Below the pieces are notes generated by a model that had not been told where the DNA came from, did not search any database, and worked only from the letters and a program-made list of their open reading frames with translations. Source: a virus. Taken from it: a stretch of 64,000 nt of DNA. The stretch covers positions 1 through 64,000 of the IMG/VR virus record IMGVR_UViG_3300049137_000145; one strand, 5' to 3'. Position numbers and translations under genes: made by a program. Below, piece by piece: positions 35,968 through 45,944 of the stretch (within the stretch, counting starts at the first letter, position 1; every line of letters starts with the position of its first letter).

Positions 35968-36051
35968 CGACGCGGCGTATGCCCGAACTCGTGCCTGAGC
36001 AGCCCAGCATGCTGACGCCCCCAGCGCGTCGCTGAGCTGTACGGCCTGCCG

Positions 36052-36216
36052 GTGGAGCTGCTATTTGGTCCGTGGAACCACGGCCGAGGCGTACCGTGCG
36101 ACGACCGGTGCGTCTGCCCTGTGCACGGCACGCCGCTGCTCTACGCACCCGCCCGTGACGAGCACGCCTGTCGGGACGCCAACTGCCGCCATGGCCACGG
36201 GATGGGGGCTCTGTGA
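36052..36216 (+). CDS. small Cys/His-rich ORF; start uncertain, possibly the 3' part of a frameshifted gene
   Basis: Frame with very GC-rich third positions reading ...VELLFGPWNHGRGVPCDDRCVCPVHGTPLLYAPARDEHACRDANCRHGHGMGAL. Not in the ORF track. Confidence 0.35.
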   Translation: MELLFGPWNHGRGVPCDDRCVCPVHGTPLLYAPARDEHACRDANCRHGHGMGAL

Positions 36217-36381
36217 ACGCCAAGGCGGGCGGACAGCCGACGGGGCGCCGGCCAATGTGCGCGAGACAGGTCGGTGAGGTGCAGTAGATTGGCCGCAGCG
36301 GACTACGGGGGTTCGCACCGAGTCCACCGGTCTCGCGGTCGGCCGGACCGACAGAGGGTGTGGGTCGCCCACCTCGTGCAC

Positions 36382-36412
36382 AGAGGGCCGGACGTCAGAT
36401 GTCCGGCCCTCT
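36382..36412 (+). terminator. rho-independent-type terminator
   Basis: AGAGGGCCGGAC, GTCAGAT, GTCCGGCCCTCT, followed by TCTGCATCT. Confidence 0.6.
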
Positions 36413-36511
36413 TCTGCATCTCGGATCCGTCTGCCGCAGAATTGCTCCTGGCGAAGCGCAAAACGTGTGTTTTGAGCGCGCCCCGGCGGGCCGCCGGATA
36501 GGGTCAGCAGT

Positions 36512-37588
36512 GTGACGATCATGAGTACGGGCGCCCCGTCACCGGTCCTCGCCTCCGCGATGCACGACCACCTCGCCGGGCTGCGCGAGCGGCTGGGCGC
36601 CGTACGGCCGCGCGACCGCCGCACCCGCCGGCTCGGGCCGCCGGTGTACCGGCTGGACCTGCTGCACGAGCTGGTGGAGCGCGAGACGTTCGGGCACGTT
36701 GTCACCTGGCTGCGCTCGCGCCGCTCCGACGGTACGGCCCGGGAGTACGCCGACGACGTCCGTCACTGGGCCCTGGCCGGACGGGAGTTGTGCGGCACCG
36801 AACCGTGGTACCTCGGCTCCATCACCTCGGACGTCATCCCGGTGTGGCGTGGCTGGGCGACGGAGGAACTGCGGCTCGGGCCCCGTCGCGTCAACCGCCT
36901 CGCGTCCAGCCTGACCTCGCTCATCGACTGGGTGAAGTACCGGACCCGGCAGGATCTGATCCACCCCATCACCCGGTACGACCGGTTCAAGGTCGACCCG
37001 AACGACGAGTCGTCCATGACCCCGATCCTGGAAGTCGCCGAGCTGCAAGCCGTGCTGGACGCATGCACCACGGCCCGGCAGGCGTTCGCGGTCTCCCTGA
37101 TTTACACCCTGGCAGGCCGCGTCTCGGAGTGCTGCGATGCCGACGCGGACGACCTGTCCTCGGAATCAGGAACGTGCGTGCTCACCCTGCGGCGCAAGGG
37201 CGGCAAGACGGTCCCCTTCCCACTGCCGGCGGAACTGTGCGAGCTGGGCGCGGCGGCCTGGCGGGACAGCACGAGCACGGCGCTCCTGCTCGATGACGAC
37301 GGCCGGCCGATGGACCGCCACGCGGTGGACCGGCTGCTCAACCGCCTTGGGCGTACGGCCGGCGTCCTGCCCGGCCGGGATCTCACCCCGCACGTGCTCC
37401 GCGCGAGCAAGCTGACCCACATGTACGACGAGGGCACGGCGCCGGACGACATTCGCCGCTTCGCCGACCACGCGAACGTCGCCACGACCATGCGGTACAT
37501 CCGGCGCCGTACCAACTCCGGACTGCGCGCACGGCACACGCAAGCGGCTGTGAAGGTATACGAGGGCCTGGTGGACCGGTTCCTGTGA
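36512..37588 (+). CDS. int: tyrosine integrase
   Basis: C-terminal catalytic region: LTPHVLRASKLTHMYDEG...ADHANVATTMRYI (R...HxxR...Y). Confidence 0.9.
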   Translation: MTIMSTGAPSPVLASAMHDHLAGLRERLGAVRPRDRRTRRLGPPVYRLDLLHELVERETFGHVVTWLRSRRSDGTAREYADDVRHWALAGRELCGTEPWYLGSITSDVIPVWRGWATEELRLGPRRVNRLASSLTSLIDWVKYRTRQDLIHPITRYDRFKVDPNDESSMTPILEVAELQAVLDACTTARQAFAVSLIYTLAGRVSECCDADADDLSSESGTCVLTLRRKGGKTVPFPLPAELCELGAAAWRDSTSTALLLDDDGRPMDRHAVDRLLNRLGRTAGVLPGRDLTPHVLRASKLTHMYDEGTAPDDIRRFADHANVATTMRYIRRRTNSGLRARHTQAAVKVYEGLVDRFL

Positions 37589-37596
37589 CACGACGA

Positions 37597-37624
37597 AGCC
37601 CCGGAGCCGTGGGACTCCGGGGCT
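37597..37624. terminator. bidirectional hairpin after int
   Basis: AGCCCCGGAG pairs with CTCCGGGGCT between convergent genes. Confidence 0.6.
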
Positions 37625-37660
37625 GGACTGAGGACCAGAACGGCCGGGCGTTCCTTTCGA

Positions 37661-38218
37661 TCAGGCGGCCGGGGTCGGCATGCGGCTTGCGATGACGCGG
37701 CGCTCACCGGTCGTTTCCAGCTCGCGCCGGGCGATGTCCTCGGTCCAGGCGTGGACGCGGCGCTCGCGGGAGAGCTGGCGGATGGCGGCTTCGTCGTCGG
37801 TGCAGCCCTCGGGGCGGGTCAGGGCTCCGTCCTGGAGCAGGAGCGCGACCACGTGCATCGGGTGGTCCAGGTGGTCCTCGCAAGTGTCGACGGCCGTGCT
37901 CACCACAGACAGGTCGCAGTGGGGCGCCGTGCACAGCCGCTCCAGCGCGTCACCTACCGCTACGTCGGGGCTGTGGGAGTCCACGACGTAGCGCAGGCTG
38001 CGGCTGACGCGCACGATGTCTCCGCCGCCGTCCTCCAGCACCACCTCAGCGTCTCGCAGGTCACGGCCGAGGTACCCGAAACGCACGGTGTCGTCCACGG
38101 CCTGCGTCCACAAACGGGCCGCCAGGAGAGCATCGACCTGGAGCGTCTGCCCGTCTTCGGCACGGAGTTCGGCGGTGCCTGCCGTAGCCCAGGTCATCAG
38201 CTCGGAGAGTGTCGTCAT
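37661..38218 (-). CDS. hypothetical protein (185 aa)
   Basis: In frame with ORF 37661..38281. The ATG at 38218 follows GACCAAGGAGGAC. It is the only gene between promoter copy E and the terminator. Confidence 0.55.
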   Translation of the reverse strand: MTTLSELMTWATAGTAELRAEDGQTLQVDALLAARLWTQAVDDTVRFGYLGRDLRDAEVVLEDGGGDIVRVSRSLRYVVDSHSPDVAVGDALERLCTAPHCDLSVVSTAVDTCEDHLDHPMHVVALLLQDGALTRPEGCTDDEAAIRQLSRERRVHAWTEDIARRELETTGERRVIASRMPTPAA

Positions 38219-38244
38219 CTTCGGGTCCTCCTTGGTCGGTGTTC

Positions 38245-38285
38245 CTGATTTGATTAAATCATGCCTCAGCCGGGGCGGCAACCCC
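38245..38285 (-). promoter_or_regulatory. Copy E of the promoter/operator motif
   Basis: Minus strand reads GGGGTTGCCG, 17 nt, TTTAAT, within ATGATTTAATCAAATCAG. The motif overlaps the stop codon of the exonuclease gene. Confidence 0.6.
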
Positions 38286-39530
38286 AGCAGACATGTCGCG
38301 CAGCCGGTCCACCACCGCGCGGCAGTCCGACGCGGCCCGGTGGTCCCCGCCGTACAGAGGTTGCCAGCGATAACTGCCGTGGTAATCGGACCACTCCCCC
38401 ACCCAGTCCGAGTAGGGCACTATCACGTCCTCGAACCGCATCGTCTCCAGCCACGCAGCGGCGGACGCGGCCGGGTCGTCGTGCCCGGCCTCGCGGTAGT
38501 GCAACGTCAGCTCGTGGCGCAGCCGGCCGACGTCGAACCCCCGGTTGTAAATCAGGCACCGGCGATTGATCAGTGCGCCGGTGAGCTGCACCAGGACGTC
38601 GCCGAACCGGGGCTGTCCCCGAACGTCGGTATCCGTGATGCCGTGGATACCGGACGCCTCCGCTGGGATAGGTTCGCCCGGGTCCAGCAGCGTGTCCACC
38701 AGGACGTCCCCGCCGACGGTCAGTACGGCCAGGTCCACGATGCGCGCTCCGTCGTGCAGTCCGGTCGTCTCTGTGTCCAGGACCACCACGCCCGGGTCCG
38801 TGAGGATGTCCCGCGCCCACGCGGACAGCTCGGCGACCTCACGCCGCCGGGCCTCCTCGGCCAAGCGCGCGTTCTCCTCGGCCTCGCGGCGCTGTGCCTC
38901 GTACCAGCGGCCGTACGCCTCGCCGCACGGCGGGCATCGGCGGGGACCGATCCACGTTCCGGCCGCCCTCGCCTCGGCGATCTCCTTGTCCGTGGATGTT
39001 TGCACGGTGCACGGCTGCTGCGGGCAACCAGGACAGGTACGGCGCCATGCAGCCTCGCGCTCCTCCTCAGCCTGCTTACGGACTGCCTTGCGGATTCGGC
39101 ACGGATCGCACGCTGACCACCCGTACACGTCCTTCGGCAGCGCGGCCCCGGCCTCGCGCCTGCACCAGTGACAGGTGCGCGCCCGGCGTTCCTGCGCCTC
39201 TTGCTGCACCCGCTTCTGACACTCGGTGCACCTGGTGTAGACGACGTACCCGCGCACCTCGCGGCACTCGGGGCAGGTACGCCGGGCCTCCATGGCCCGT
39301 TTCTGCTTGGCGGACAGCGGTCGCATCCGGGCGGCGTCGGCCGGGTCGTACAGGGGGAACTCACCCCAACCGTCCCCGCGCCGGTAGGCCCGCAACAGCG
39401 CCACCGGCTCCTGCCCCTCGGCAGGCTTCAGCCGGTCCGCTTTCAGCTCAGTCACCGTGCGCAGGTGCCGGTGATGCTCGGGGATGTCCCGGCGCTCGTA
39501 GACCGGGAGAGACGTGGTGGTGTCGGTCAT
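38259..39530 (-). CDS. DEDDh (DnaQ-like) 3'-5' exonuclease with an N-terminal multi-CxxC zinc-finger region
   Basis: VVLDTETTGL ... GHNxxFD-like NRGFDVGRL ... H..ASDC, plus at least 5 CxxC pairs in the N-terminal half. Confidence 0.8.
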   Translation of the reverse strand: MTDTTTSLPVYERRDIPEHHRHLRTVTELKADRLKPAEGQEPVALLRAYRRGDGWGEFPLYDPADAARMRPLSAKQKRAMEARRTCPECREVRGYVVYTRCTECQKRVQQEAQERRARTCHWCRREAGAALPKDVYGWSACDPCRIRKAVRKQAEEEREAAWRRTCPGCPQQPCTVQTSTDKEIAEARAAGTWIGPRRCPPCGEAYGRWYEAQRREAEENARLAEEARRREVAELSAWARDILTDPGVVVLDTETTGLHDGARIVDLAVLTVGGDVLVDTLLDPGEPIPAEASGIHGITDTDVRGQPRFGDVLVQLTGALINRRCLIYNRGFDVGRLRHELTLHYREAGHDDPAASAAAWLETMRFEDVIVPYSDWVGEWSDYHGSYRWQPLYGGDHRAASDCRAVVDRLRDMSAGVAAPAEA

Positions 39531-39566
39531 GTCGGAAAGCTACCGCGAGGCACTGACAATGGGTGG

Positions 39567-39818
39567 TCACTCTGGAAGAGTTGGCCCTTCCGGGGCGCGG
39601 AGCTGGTAGTCAGGGCACTTGCCTGGGTCACCCCACGAGGCCGTGTGCGGCTCTCGGCTGTCACACCAAGGGCACGGGAGAACGGGGCGGCCCTGGTTGC
39701 CTTCGATGCCGCAGTGCCCGACGTTCCCGAATCGGGCGTTGCTGTAGACGACGACGGCCTGACGGCCGCAGGTGCACAGCTCACCGGGCGTGGCGGGCCG
39801 TTCTGTCGAGTCGGTCAC
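39567..39818 (-). CDS. small Cys-rich protein
   Basis: ORF track. CTCG...HCG...CPWC. Confidence 0.5.
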   Translation of the reverse strand: MTDSTERPATPGELCTCGRQAVVVYSNARFGNVGHCGIEGNQGRPVLPCPWCDSREPHTASWGDPGKCPDYQLRAPEGPTLPE

Positions 39819-40066
39819 CGCCTGGCCTCCCGCACACCGGCGACGACCCCGTCCAGGAAGGCGTACACGCTCGCCCGGTCCATCGGGCTCTGGCCACTGC
39901 CGCCTACGTGCACCGCGTACCTGTCGTCGTCCAGACTGACGACGTGGATGCGCAGCCCGGTCTCAGTGGCTGCAACTCCGGCAGTCCACTGAACCTCCAG
40001 GTGCGGGGGCCAGTTCGGGTCATACGGCGGGTTGTGGCTTCCGTCGGGGTTTCTCGTGACGTCCAT
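39815..40066 (-). CDS. hypothetical protein
   Basis: ORF track. ATGA overlap with the downstream gene. Confidence 0.5.
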   Translation of the reverse strand: MDVTRNPDGSHNPPYDPNWPPHLEVQWTAGVAATETGLRIHVVSLDDDRYAVHVGGSGQSPMDRASVYAFLDGVVAGVREARR

Positions 40067-40111
40067 GGCCGCAGGCTATCGGTGGCCGCCGACGGTCGGG
40101 GTCCGACCCGC

Positions 40112-40543
40112 TCAAGTCCACTCGCGCGAGGCGAGCAGCGCGGCGCCCGCCCACACCGCGCCCCACACGAGGACCGGTGCAGGGACGCCGACGGTGAAGG
40201 CGACAGCGGCTGTGATCGCGGCGGACAGCCACCCGGACACGCACCACGGGCAGGAGACCAGTTCGGCCAGCCAATGCGGCGACCACTTGGCCCGGCGCAC
40301 GTACCGGTTCGTCTGTCCGTCAATGAGCGTCAACGTACCGAGGGCCGGGTGACGGACGAAGGGTTCGTCGTCCGACGGACGGGCCGGGGTCCACTTCTCC
40401 TGCTCCTTCTCCGTCAACGGGCGCCAGCCGCCGGCGAGACGGTCGCGCAGCCAGAGCACGGGCGGGAACGTGTCCTTCGCGACCAGGCGCGAGGCGCGAT
40501 ACGCGGCAAGAATCATGCAGGCGATGAGCAGCCAGGTGGACAT
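40112..40543 (-). CDS. DUF1360-like membrane protein
   Basis: AAYRASRLVAKDTFPPVLWLRDRL ... CPWCVSGWLSA pattern. ATG at 40543, within ORF 40112..40990. Confidence 0.6.
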   Translation of the reverse strand: MSTWLLIACMILAAYRASRLVAKDTFPPVLWLRDRLAGGWRPLTEKEQEKWTPARPSDDEPFVRHPALGTLTLIDGQTNRYVRRAKWSPHWLAELVSCPWCVSGWLSAAITAAVAFTVGVPAPVLVWGAVWAGAALLASREWT

Positions 40544-40656
40544 GATCGGGCTCCGGGATCTACGGGCGGGACGCCCTGTCGGGTGGCGTGCTGGGGGCGG
40601 CCACCTGGTTGAGCGCCCCGCCGTAGGAGAGACGTTCCGCCAGACGGCCGGTTGCG

Positions 40657-41022
40657 TCAAGCCACGAGACGGCCGGGCGGAGAGACGGAAGCAGGCACCG
40701 GCGCGGTGACGTTCGGCCGGGTGAACAGCCACGCGACGATCATCATGACGGCGCCGACGACCTTCGCCTGCGTCTCGGCGTCCCAGTCGAACCCGAAGTA
40801 CGCGGTAAGCGAGACGCCCGCGACCACGAGGCCGTTCAGGGCCGCGATGATGCCGTCCCCGACCTGTACGGCGACGACGATGCCGAGCACGGCGGCGACG
40901 ATGGCGGTGATGATGGACTGGAGTTTCGGGTCGAACCCGAGGCTGAACGCGCTCAGGATCTGCCACACCGCTCCGACGGCCGCCAGCCACACGGCCGGCT
41001 CCCTGCCGTAGACCTTGCCCAT
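40657..41022 (-). CDS. membrane protein with 3-4 transmembrane segments
   Basis: Highly hydrophobic 121 aa. ATG at 41022 lies 4 nt after GGGAGGA. Confidence 0.55.
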   Translation of the reverse strand: MGKVYGREPAVWLAAVGAVWQILSAFSLGFDPKLQSIITAIVAAVLGIVVAVQVGDGIIAALNGLVVAGVSLTAYFGFDWDAETQAKVVGAVMMIVAWLFTRPNVTAPVPASVSPPGRLVA

Positions 41023-41091
41023 GATTCCTCCCGAGGAAGAGACCCGGGCAGGGTAGGGCAGATCCGCTGATTCACCATCTCGGAGCACGAC

Positions 41092-41123
41092 GAAGCCCCG
41101 GGCCGCGAGGGCGCCGGGGCTTC
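41092..41123 (-). terminator. hairpin after the D5-like gene
   Basis: GAAGCCCCGG pairs with CCGGGGCTTC. Confidence 0.6.
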
Positions 41124-41137
41124 GGGGTTGGGCGGGA

Positions 41138-42079
41138 TCAGGCGGTCGCGTACCCCCGCACCGCGCCCTCCACGATCCAGCGCAGAACGGCGCGCAGCGC
41201 TTCCGGCTCGCGGAGGCGTCGGTGCAGCTCCTGGTTCGTCTCACTCAGATTCCGGAACTCCACAGGGGAGATACGGCGTCGGGTCCCTTCGTCCGACGTC
41301 AGCTCATCCGGGCCGTAGTTCGTAGCGAGCAGCACTGTGTGAGAGCGCGGGAAGGTGATCGTGTCTTGACGCATCCGCCGTCCGTGGAAGTGGTCCATGC
41401 TCACGAGCCGCTTCACACGGTCCATGTCCTGGGGGCCGACGTCCTCCATTGCGATGAGCCGAGTACCCCTGAGGTCGATCAGGTCGAACGGACTGCGGAG
41501 GTTGCTCAGTTCACCGTGCGTGGACGCAGCATAGGTCCCCAGGGCCGCGCTGACAGCTCGCATGAACGTCGATTTACCCGACGCCCCGGCCCCGTGAATG
41601 AGGACTGCTCGGTCCAGCGACCCTCCGGACACCGCCCAGGCGATGTGGTTTTGGAGCTGGGTGCGCCCGGTCTCGGGGATGGCCGCGAGCACCTGGTCCC
41701 ACGCATCGGACTGGGCTTCGGAGTCGTATTCGACGGCCGCGACCTTGGTCATGAGCCGGGACTTGCTGTGCGGGCGGAGTTCTCCTGTGCGGAGGTTCAC
41801 CACACCGTTGGGGACGTTGAGCAGGTCCGGGTACGGGTCCAGGTGGCTGGCGTCCACCTCCAGAGCGCTCCGGAGTTGGATGACTTGGCGAGCAGTCCAA
41901 GAACGGGCGCCCTGCTCTTCCAGATGCCGGTTCATCTTGTGGAGCGCGTCGGAGTTCGTCACCTCGTTCCAGACCTTGCCGGTCCAGTGCAGCCAACCGA
42001 GTCCCGGGTTCCAGAGGAGCCCCAGGTTCGGATCCTCCGCCATCTCTCGCAGCTTGTCGACCTTCACGGTAGCTTCCAT
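41138..42079 (-). CDS. D5_N / P4-family primase C-terminal NTPase (helicase-like); paralog of the central part of the 1447-aa replicase
   Basis: NVPNGVVNLRTGELRPH, Walker A HGAGASGKST, and DHFHGRRMRQD..TFPRSHTVLLATN. Confidence 0.8.
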   Translation of the reverse strand: MEATVKVDKLREMAEDPNLGLLWNPGLGWLHWTGKVWNEVTNSDALHKMNRHLEEQGARSWTARQVIQLRSALEVDASHLDPYPDLLNVPNGVVNLRTGELRPHSKSRLMTKVAAVEYDSEAQSDAWDQVLAAIPETGRTQLQNHIAWAVSGGSLDRAVLIHGAGASGKSTFMRAVSAALGTYAASTHGELSNLRSPFDLIDLRGTRLIAMEDVGPQDMDRVKRLVSMDHFHGRRMRQDTITFPRSHTVLLATNYGPDELTSDEGTRRRISPVEFRNLSETNQELHRRLREPEALRAVLRWIVEGAVRGYATA

Positions 42080-42101
42080 GGTCTTCCTTTCCGCGGTCAC
42101 C

Positions 42102-42143
42102 GATGAATTTACTAAACCATGCTTCCGTACTCCGGACAACCCC
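42102..42143 (-). promoter_or_regulatory. Copy F of the promoter/operator motif
   Basis: Minus strand reads GGGGTTGTCC, 17 nt, TTTAGT, within ATGGTTTAGTAAATTCATCGG. It ends 22 nt before the ATG at 42079. Confidence 0.6.
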
Positions 42144-42203
42144 GCGTCACCCGACCGGGGCGGCGATTCTTCAACCGTCCGCCCGAATCACCAACTCCGC
42201 ACG

Positions 42204-43574
42204 TCACCCGATGGTGCGAGCCGCCGTGGACAGGCCCTTGGACGTGGTGATGCCGGTCATCGTGGCCTTCACGATGCGCTGGTGCCAGGCCGGCCAGACC
42301 ATCGCGTCCAGCCGGTCCGGGGACCAGTCCAGCTCGTCGTACCAGGTGCACATCTGGTCCTCCAGCTCGGGGAACTCCCCCGCCATGTGCCACCGGCCCT
42401 GCTCGGACAGCGCGCTCACCGGCTCGGCGCGGACCTTCTTGCCCCGGGTGGCACGTACGGTCTTGATCGGTATGCGTACACCCATCGCGTCGGCCACCGC
42501 CCGGATCGTGTTGACTGCCATGTCCCCGCCGAAGTTGACCTCCACGCAGATGTCGTCCGCGTCGTAGTCGACGGCCGCCTGGACCGCGCGCCGGCCCCAC
42601 CCGTCCGGGGAGAGGTGACAGGACCGGTCGGCGAGGACGTAGCCGTGGGCGAGTTGCGTCGGTCGCTGGTCTCCAGCGATCTCGCGGTAGTGCACCTGCA
42701 TCGCCTTGCCCACCACGACGATGCCCTGCTCGCCCCGGCCGCCCGAGGGGTCCACGCCGACGGAGATCCGCGCCAGGTCCGGGAGGTCTGCTGGACGCAC
42801 CCGGTGCGCGTCGATCACCGCCCGGGTCCACAGGGCGTTCTCGTCCTGGTCGATGATCTCGGCATGGAGTTCCTGGCGGCCTATCTGCGTGTTGCCGTAG
42901 GCGTCCTCCAGTGCGGCCTTGATGTCCTCGGGCAGGTGCGGGTTGTCGTACATAGACGCCCGGGTGCGCACGACGTTCTCGACTCCGCCGGACGCTAGTT
43001 TCTTGATCAGCGCCCGGGGCTTCGGGGTGGTGGAGGCCACCCAGTGCGGGCGCGGCCCCGTGCGCAGACCGAAGCGCATCTGGTCCCAGGTGTCGTCCAG
43101 GTACCTCCAGGCGGCCAGCTCCTCCAACCAGGACAGGCACCGGTTGCCTCCGGACCGCAGACGCTCGACACTCCCGGGACTGTCCGCCCCGAACAGTTTG
43201 GCCTCGGACCCGTTCGGCCAGCGGATGACCGTACCGCCCTGCACGGTCATCATCCGTGCCTCGGGGCTGTGCACCCGCAGGCCCGACGGGCCGGCGTAGC
43301 AGGATGTCGCCGCGTCGCCGAGGGTCGGTGCGATGATCCCGACCCAGTGCGGGACGGGGCCGGGCAGACACGGCGGGCCCATGACGTGTTCGTGGACGTA
43401 CCGTGCGCAAGCGTCCGTCTTGCCGGCGCCACGACCGGCCAGCAGCAGCCATCCGTACCAGTCGCCGTCGGGCGGGACCTGGTGGGGCAGCGGTGTCCAG
43501 CGCGGTTCGGACAGGGTGCGCGCGTGCATCAGCAATTTCTCGGCCGCGCTCCGGCTCAGCATCCGGTCCACCAT
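42204..43574 (-). CDS. terL: terminase large subunit
   Basis: Walker A LLLAGRGAGKT, then SWLEELAAW, and a C-terminal nuclease-like half. ATG at 43574, within ORF 42204..43763. Confidence 0.85.
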   Translation of the reverse strand: MVDRMLSRSAAEKLLMHARTLSEPRWTPLPHQVPPDGDWYGWLLLAGRGAGKTDACARYVHEHVMGPPCLPGPVPHWVGIIAPTLGDAATSCYAGPSGLRVHSPEARMMTVQGGTVIRWPNGSEAKLFGADSPGSVERLRSGGNRCLSWLEELAAWRYLDDTWDQMRFGLRTGPRPHWVASTTPKPRALIKKLASGGVENVVRTRASMYDNPHLPEDIKAALEDAYGNTQIGRQELHAEIIDQDENALWTRAVIDAHRVRPADLPDLARISVGVDPSGGRGEQGIVVVGKAMQVHYREIAGDQRPTQLAHGYVLADRSCHLSPDGWGRRAVQAAVDYDADDICVEVNFGGDMAVNTIRAVADAMGVRIPIKTVRATRGKKVRAEPVSALSEQGRWHMAGEFPELEDQMCTWYDELDWSPDRLDAMVWPAWHQRIVKATMTGITTSKGLSTAARTIG

Positions 43575-43620
43575 GACGGCTATTGTCGGCCGTCTTGCGG
43601 CGCATGGTTTCCGGAGACGC

Positions 43621-43658
43621 AGCGAGGCCCGCCCCACGGGGGAAGGGCGGGCCTCGCT
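43621..43658. terminator. 13-bp-stem hairpin upstream of terL
   Basis: AGCGAGGCCCGCC pairs with GGCGGGCCTCGCT. Confidence 0.5.
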
Positions 43659-43689
43659 CTGCCGGTTGGAGTCAGCAGCGTGGTCCAGT

Positions 43690-44969
<1,280 letters not shown>

Positions 44970-45791
44970 TCAGGTCGTCGCGGGCTCGGGAATCAGGCCG
45001 AGGCGACGGGCCTTGCGCAGGGCGGCCGGCAGTCGCGTTCCCTTCTCCATCCACGAGACGTCCAGCCGCCTGTACGCCTCGGACAGCCGGGACGCACAGG
45101 ACCCCGCCGGCATCCCCAGCCGGACGGCAGTCTGCGCCAGAGACGTTCCTTTCTCCATCTCCAGCAGGATGCTGACCTGCGTCTCGGACAGACGGACCGG
45201 ACTCTGTGCGCTGCTCGGCCGGGGCGTGGGTTCGCTGCGGAGAAGGCCCCGCATCCGGGCCTCGCGCAGCGCTACCTCGCGGCGGACCGGGGGCGGGAGC
45301 TGGGAGACGCCGAGCACGGCGTACGCCTCGGCGGTGAGGGTTTTGACGGTCTGATGGCTGACGCCCCACGCCTTGCACACCTGCTCCTGTGTGCGTCCCG
45401 CATCGAACGCGCGCAGGAGTCGGACATGCGGTTCCCTGAGCTGGGTCGGGCGGCGAGCGGCGGCGTCGGCGTCCATGCGTTCCCGGTTGCCGCGCTTGCA
45501 GGCTGCACATACGGATTCGTCTTGCTTGATGTGGCGCCGGTAGGCGGCGAGGAGTCCGCAGTCCTCATAGGGCCCGATGTGCCCGGCCAGCAGCCCGTTC
45601 CGGACGGCCTGCGCGGCGGTGGCCACACCCATAACCTCGTAGATCCGGGTGCAGGTCTTCCGTATGACACTGGGGGCCCGGCCGGTCATGCGTGCAATGT
45701 CGGCGCAGGTGTGCCCGGTGGACAGTAGCCACAGGATACGCCGTTGACCTTCCGTCAGGACGACGGGTTGCGGTGTGGTGACCGTGTCCAT
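44970..45791 (-). CDS. regulator with three tandem LuxR/GerE-type HTH modules
   Basis: Three repeats of the L(T/S)ExQxxIL...G.S...IA pattern (LTEGQRRILWLLSTGHTCADIA; LREPHVRLLRAFDAGRTQEQVC; LSETQVSILLEMEKGTSLAQTA). ATG at 45791 follows AAAGGAG. Confidence 0.7.
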   Translation of the reverse strand: MDTVTTPQPVVLTEGQRRILWLLSTGHTCADIARMTGRAPSVIRKTCTRIYEVMGVATAAQAVRNGLLAGHIGPYEDCGLLAAYRRHIKQDESVCAACKRGNRERMDADAAARRPTQLREPHVRLLRAFDAGRTQEQVCKAWGVSHQTVKTLTAEAYAVLGVSQLPPPVRREVALREARMRGLLRSEPTPRPSSAQSPVRLSETQVSILLEMEKGTSLAQTAVRLGMPAGSCASRLSEAYRRLDVSWMEKGTRLPAALRKARRLGLIPEPATT

Positions 45792-45904
45792 CGGGGCTGC
45801 TCCTTTCGTAGATTGGGGTGGGCCCCGGGTCACGTCCACTGACCCGGGGCCCTTGTCGACCGGCGACGTCCCGGGTCTGATCACCGGGTCTGCCAGGACA
45901 CTCT

Positions 45905-45944
45905 CATTTAGTTAAATCCCCTGTTGATGGTTTTGTTAAACCAT
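45905..45944 (-). promoter_or_regulatory. Copies G1 and G2 of the AT-rich motif (tandem, more degenerate)
   Basis: Minus strand reads ATGGTTTAACAAAACCATCAACAGGGGATTTAACTAAATG. G1 overlaps the stop codon of the 45936..46238 gene. Confidence 0.45.

Noticed and set aside
36290-36335. GGGGGTTCGCACCGAGTCC upstream of int, considered as a tRNA 3'-end-like attP core.
   Set aside because: The flanks do not form a T stem and there is no acceptor-like continuation. The similarity to GGTTCGA.TCC is too weak.
34142-42120. Direct repeats D (GATGAATTAATTAAACCAT) and F (GATGAATTTACTAAACCAT) flanking the integrase-containing block, considered as possible attL/attR of an inserted element.
   Set aside because: The two copies differ at several positions. 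The same motif occurs at least six more times elsewhere, always in promoter geometry. They are therefore regulatory sites rather than integration scars.
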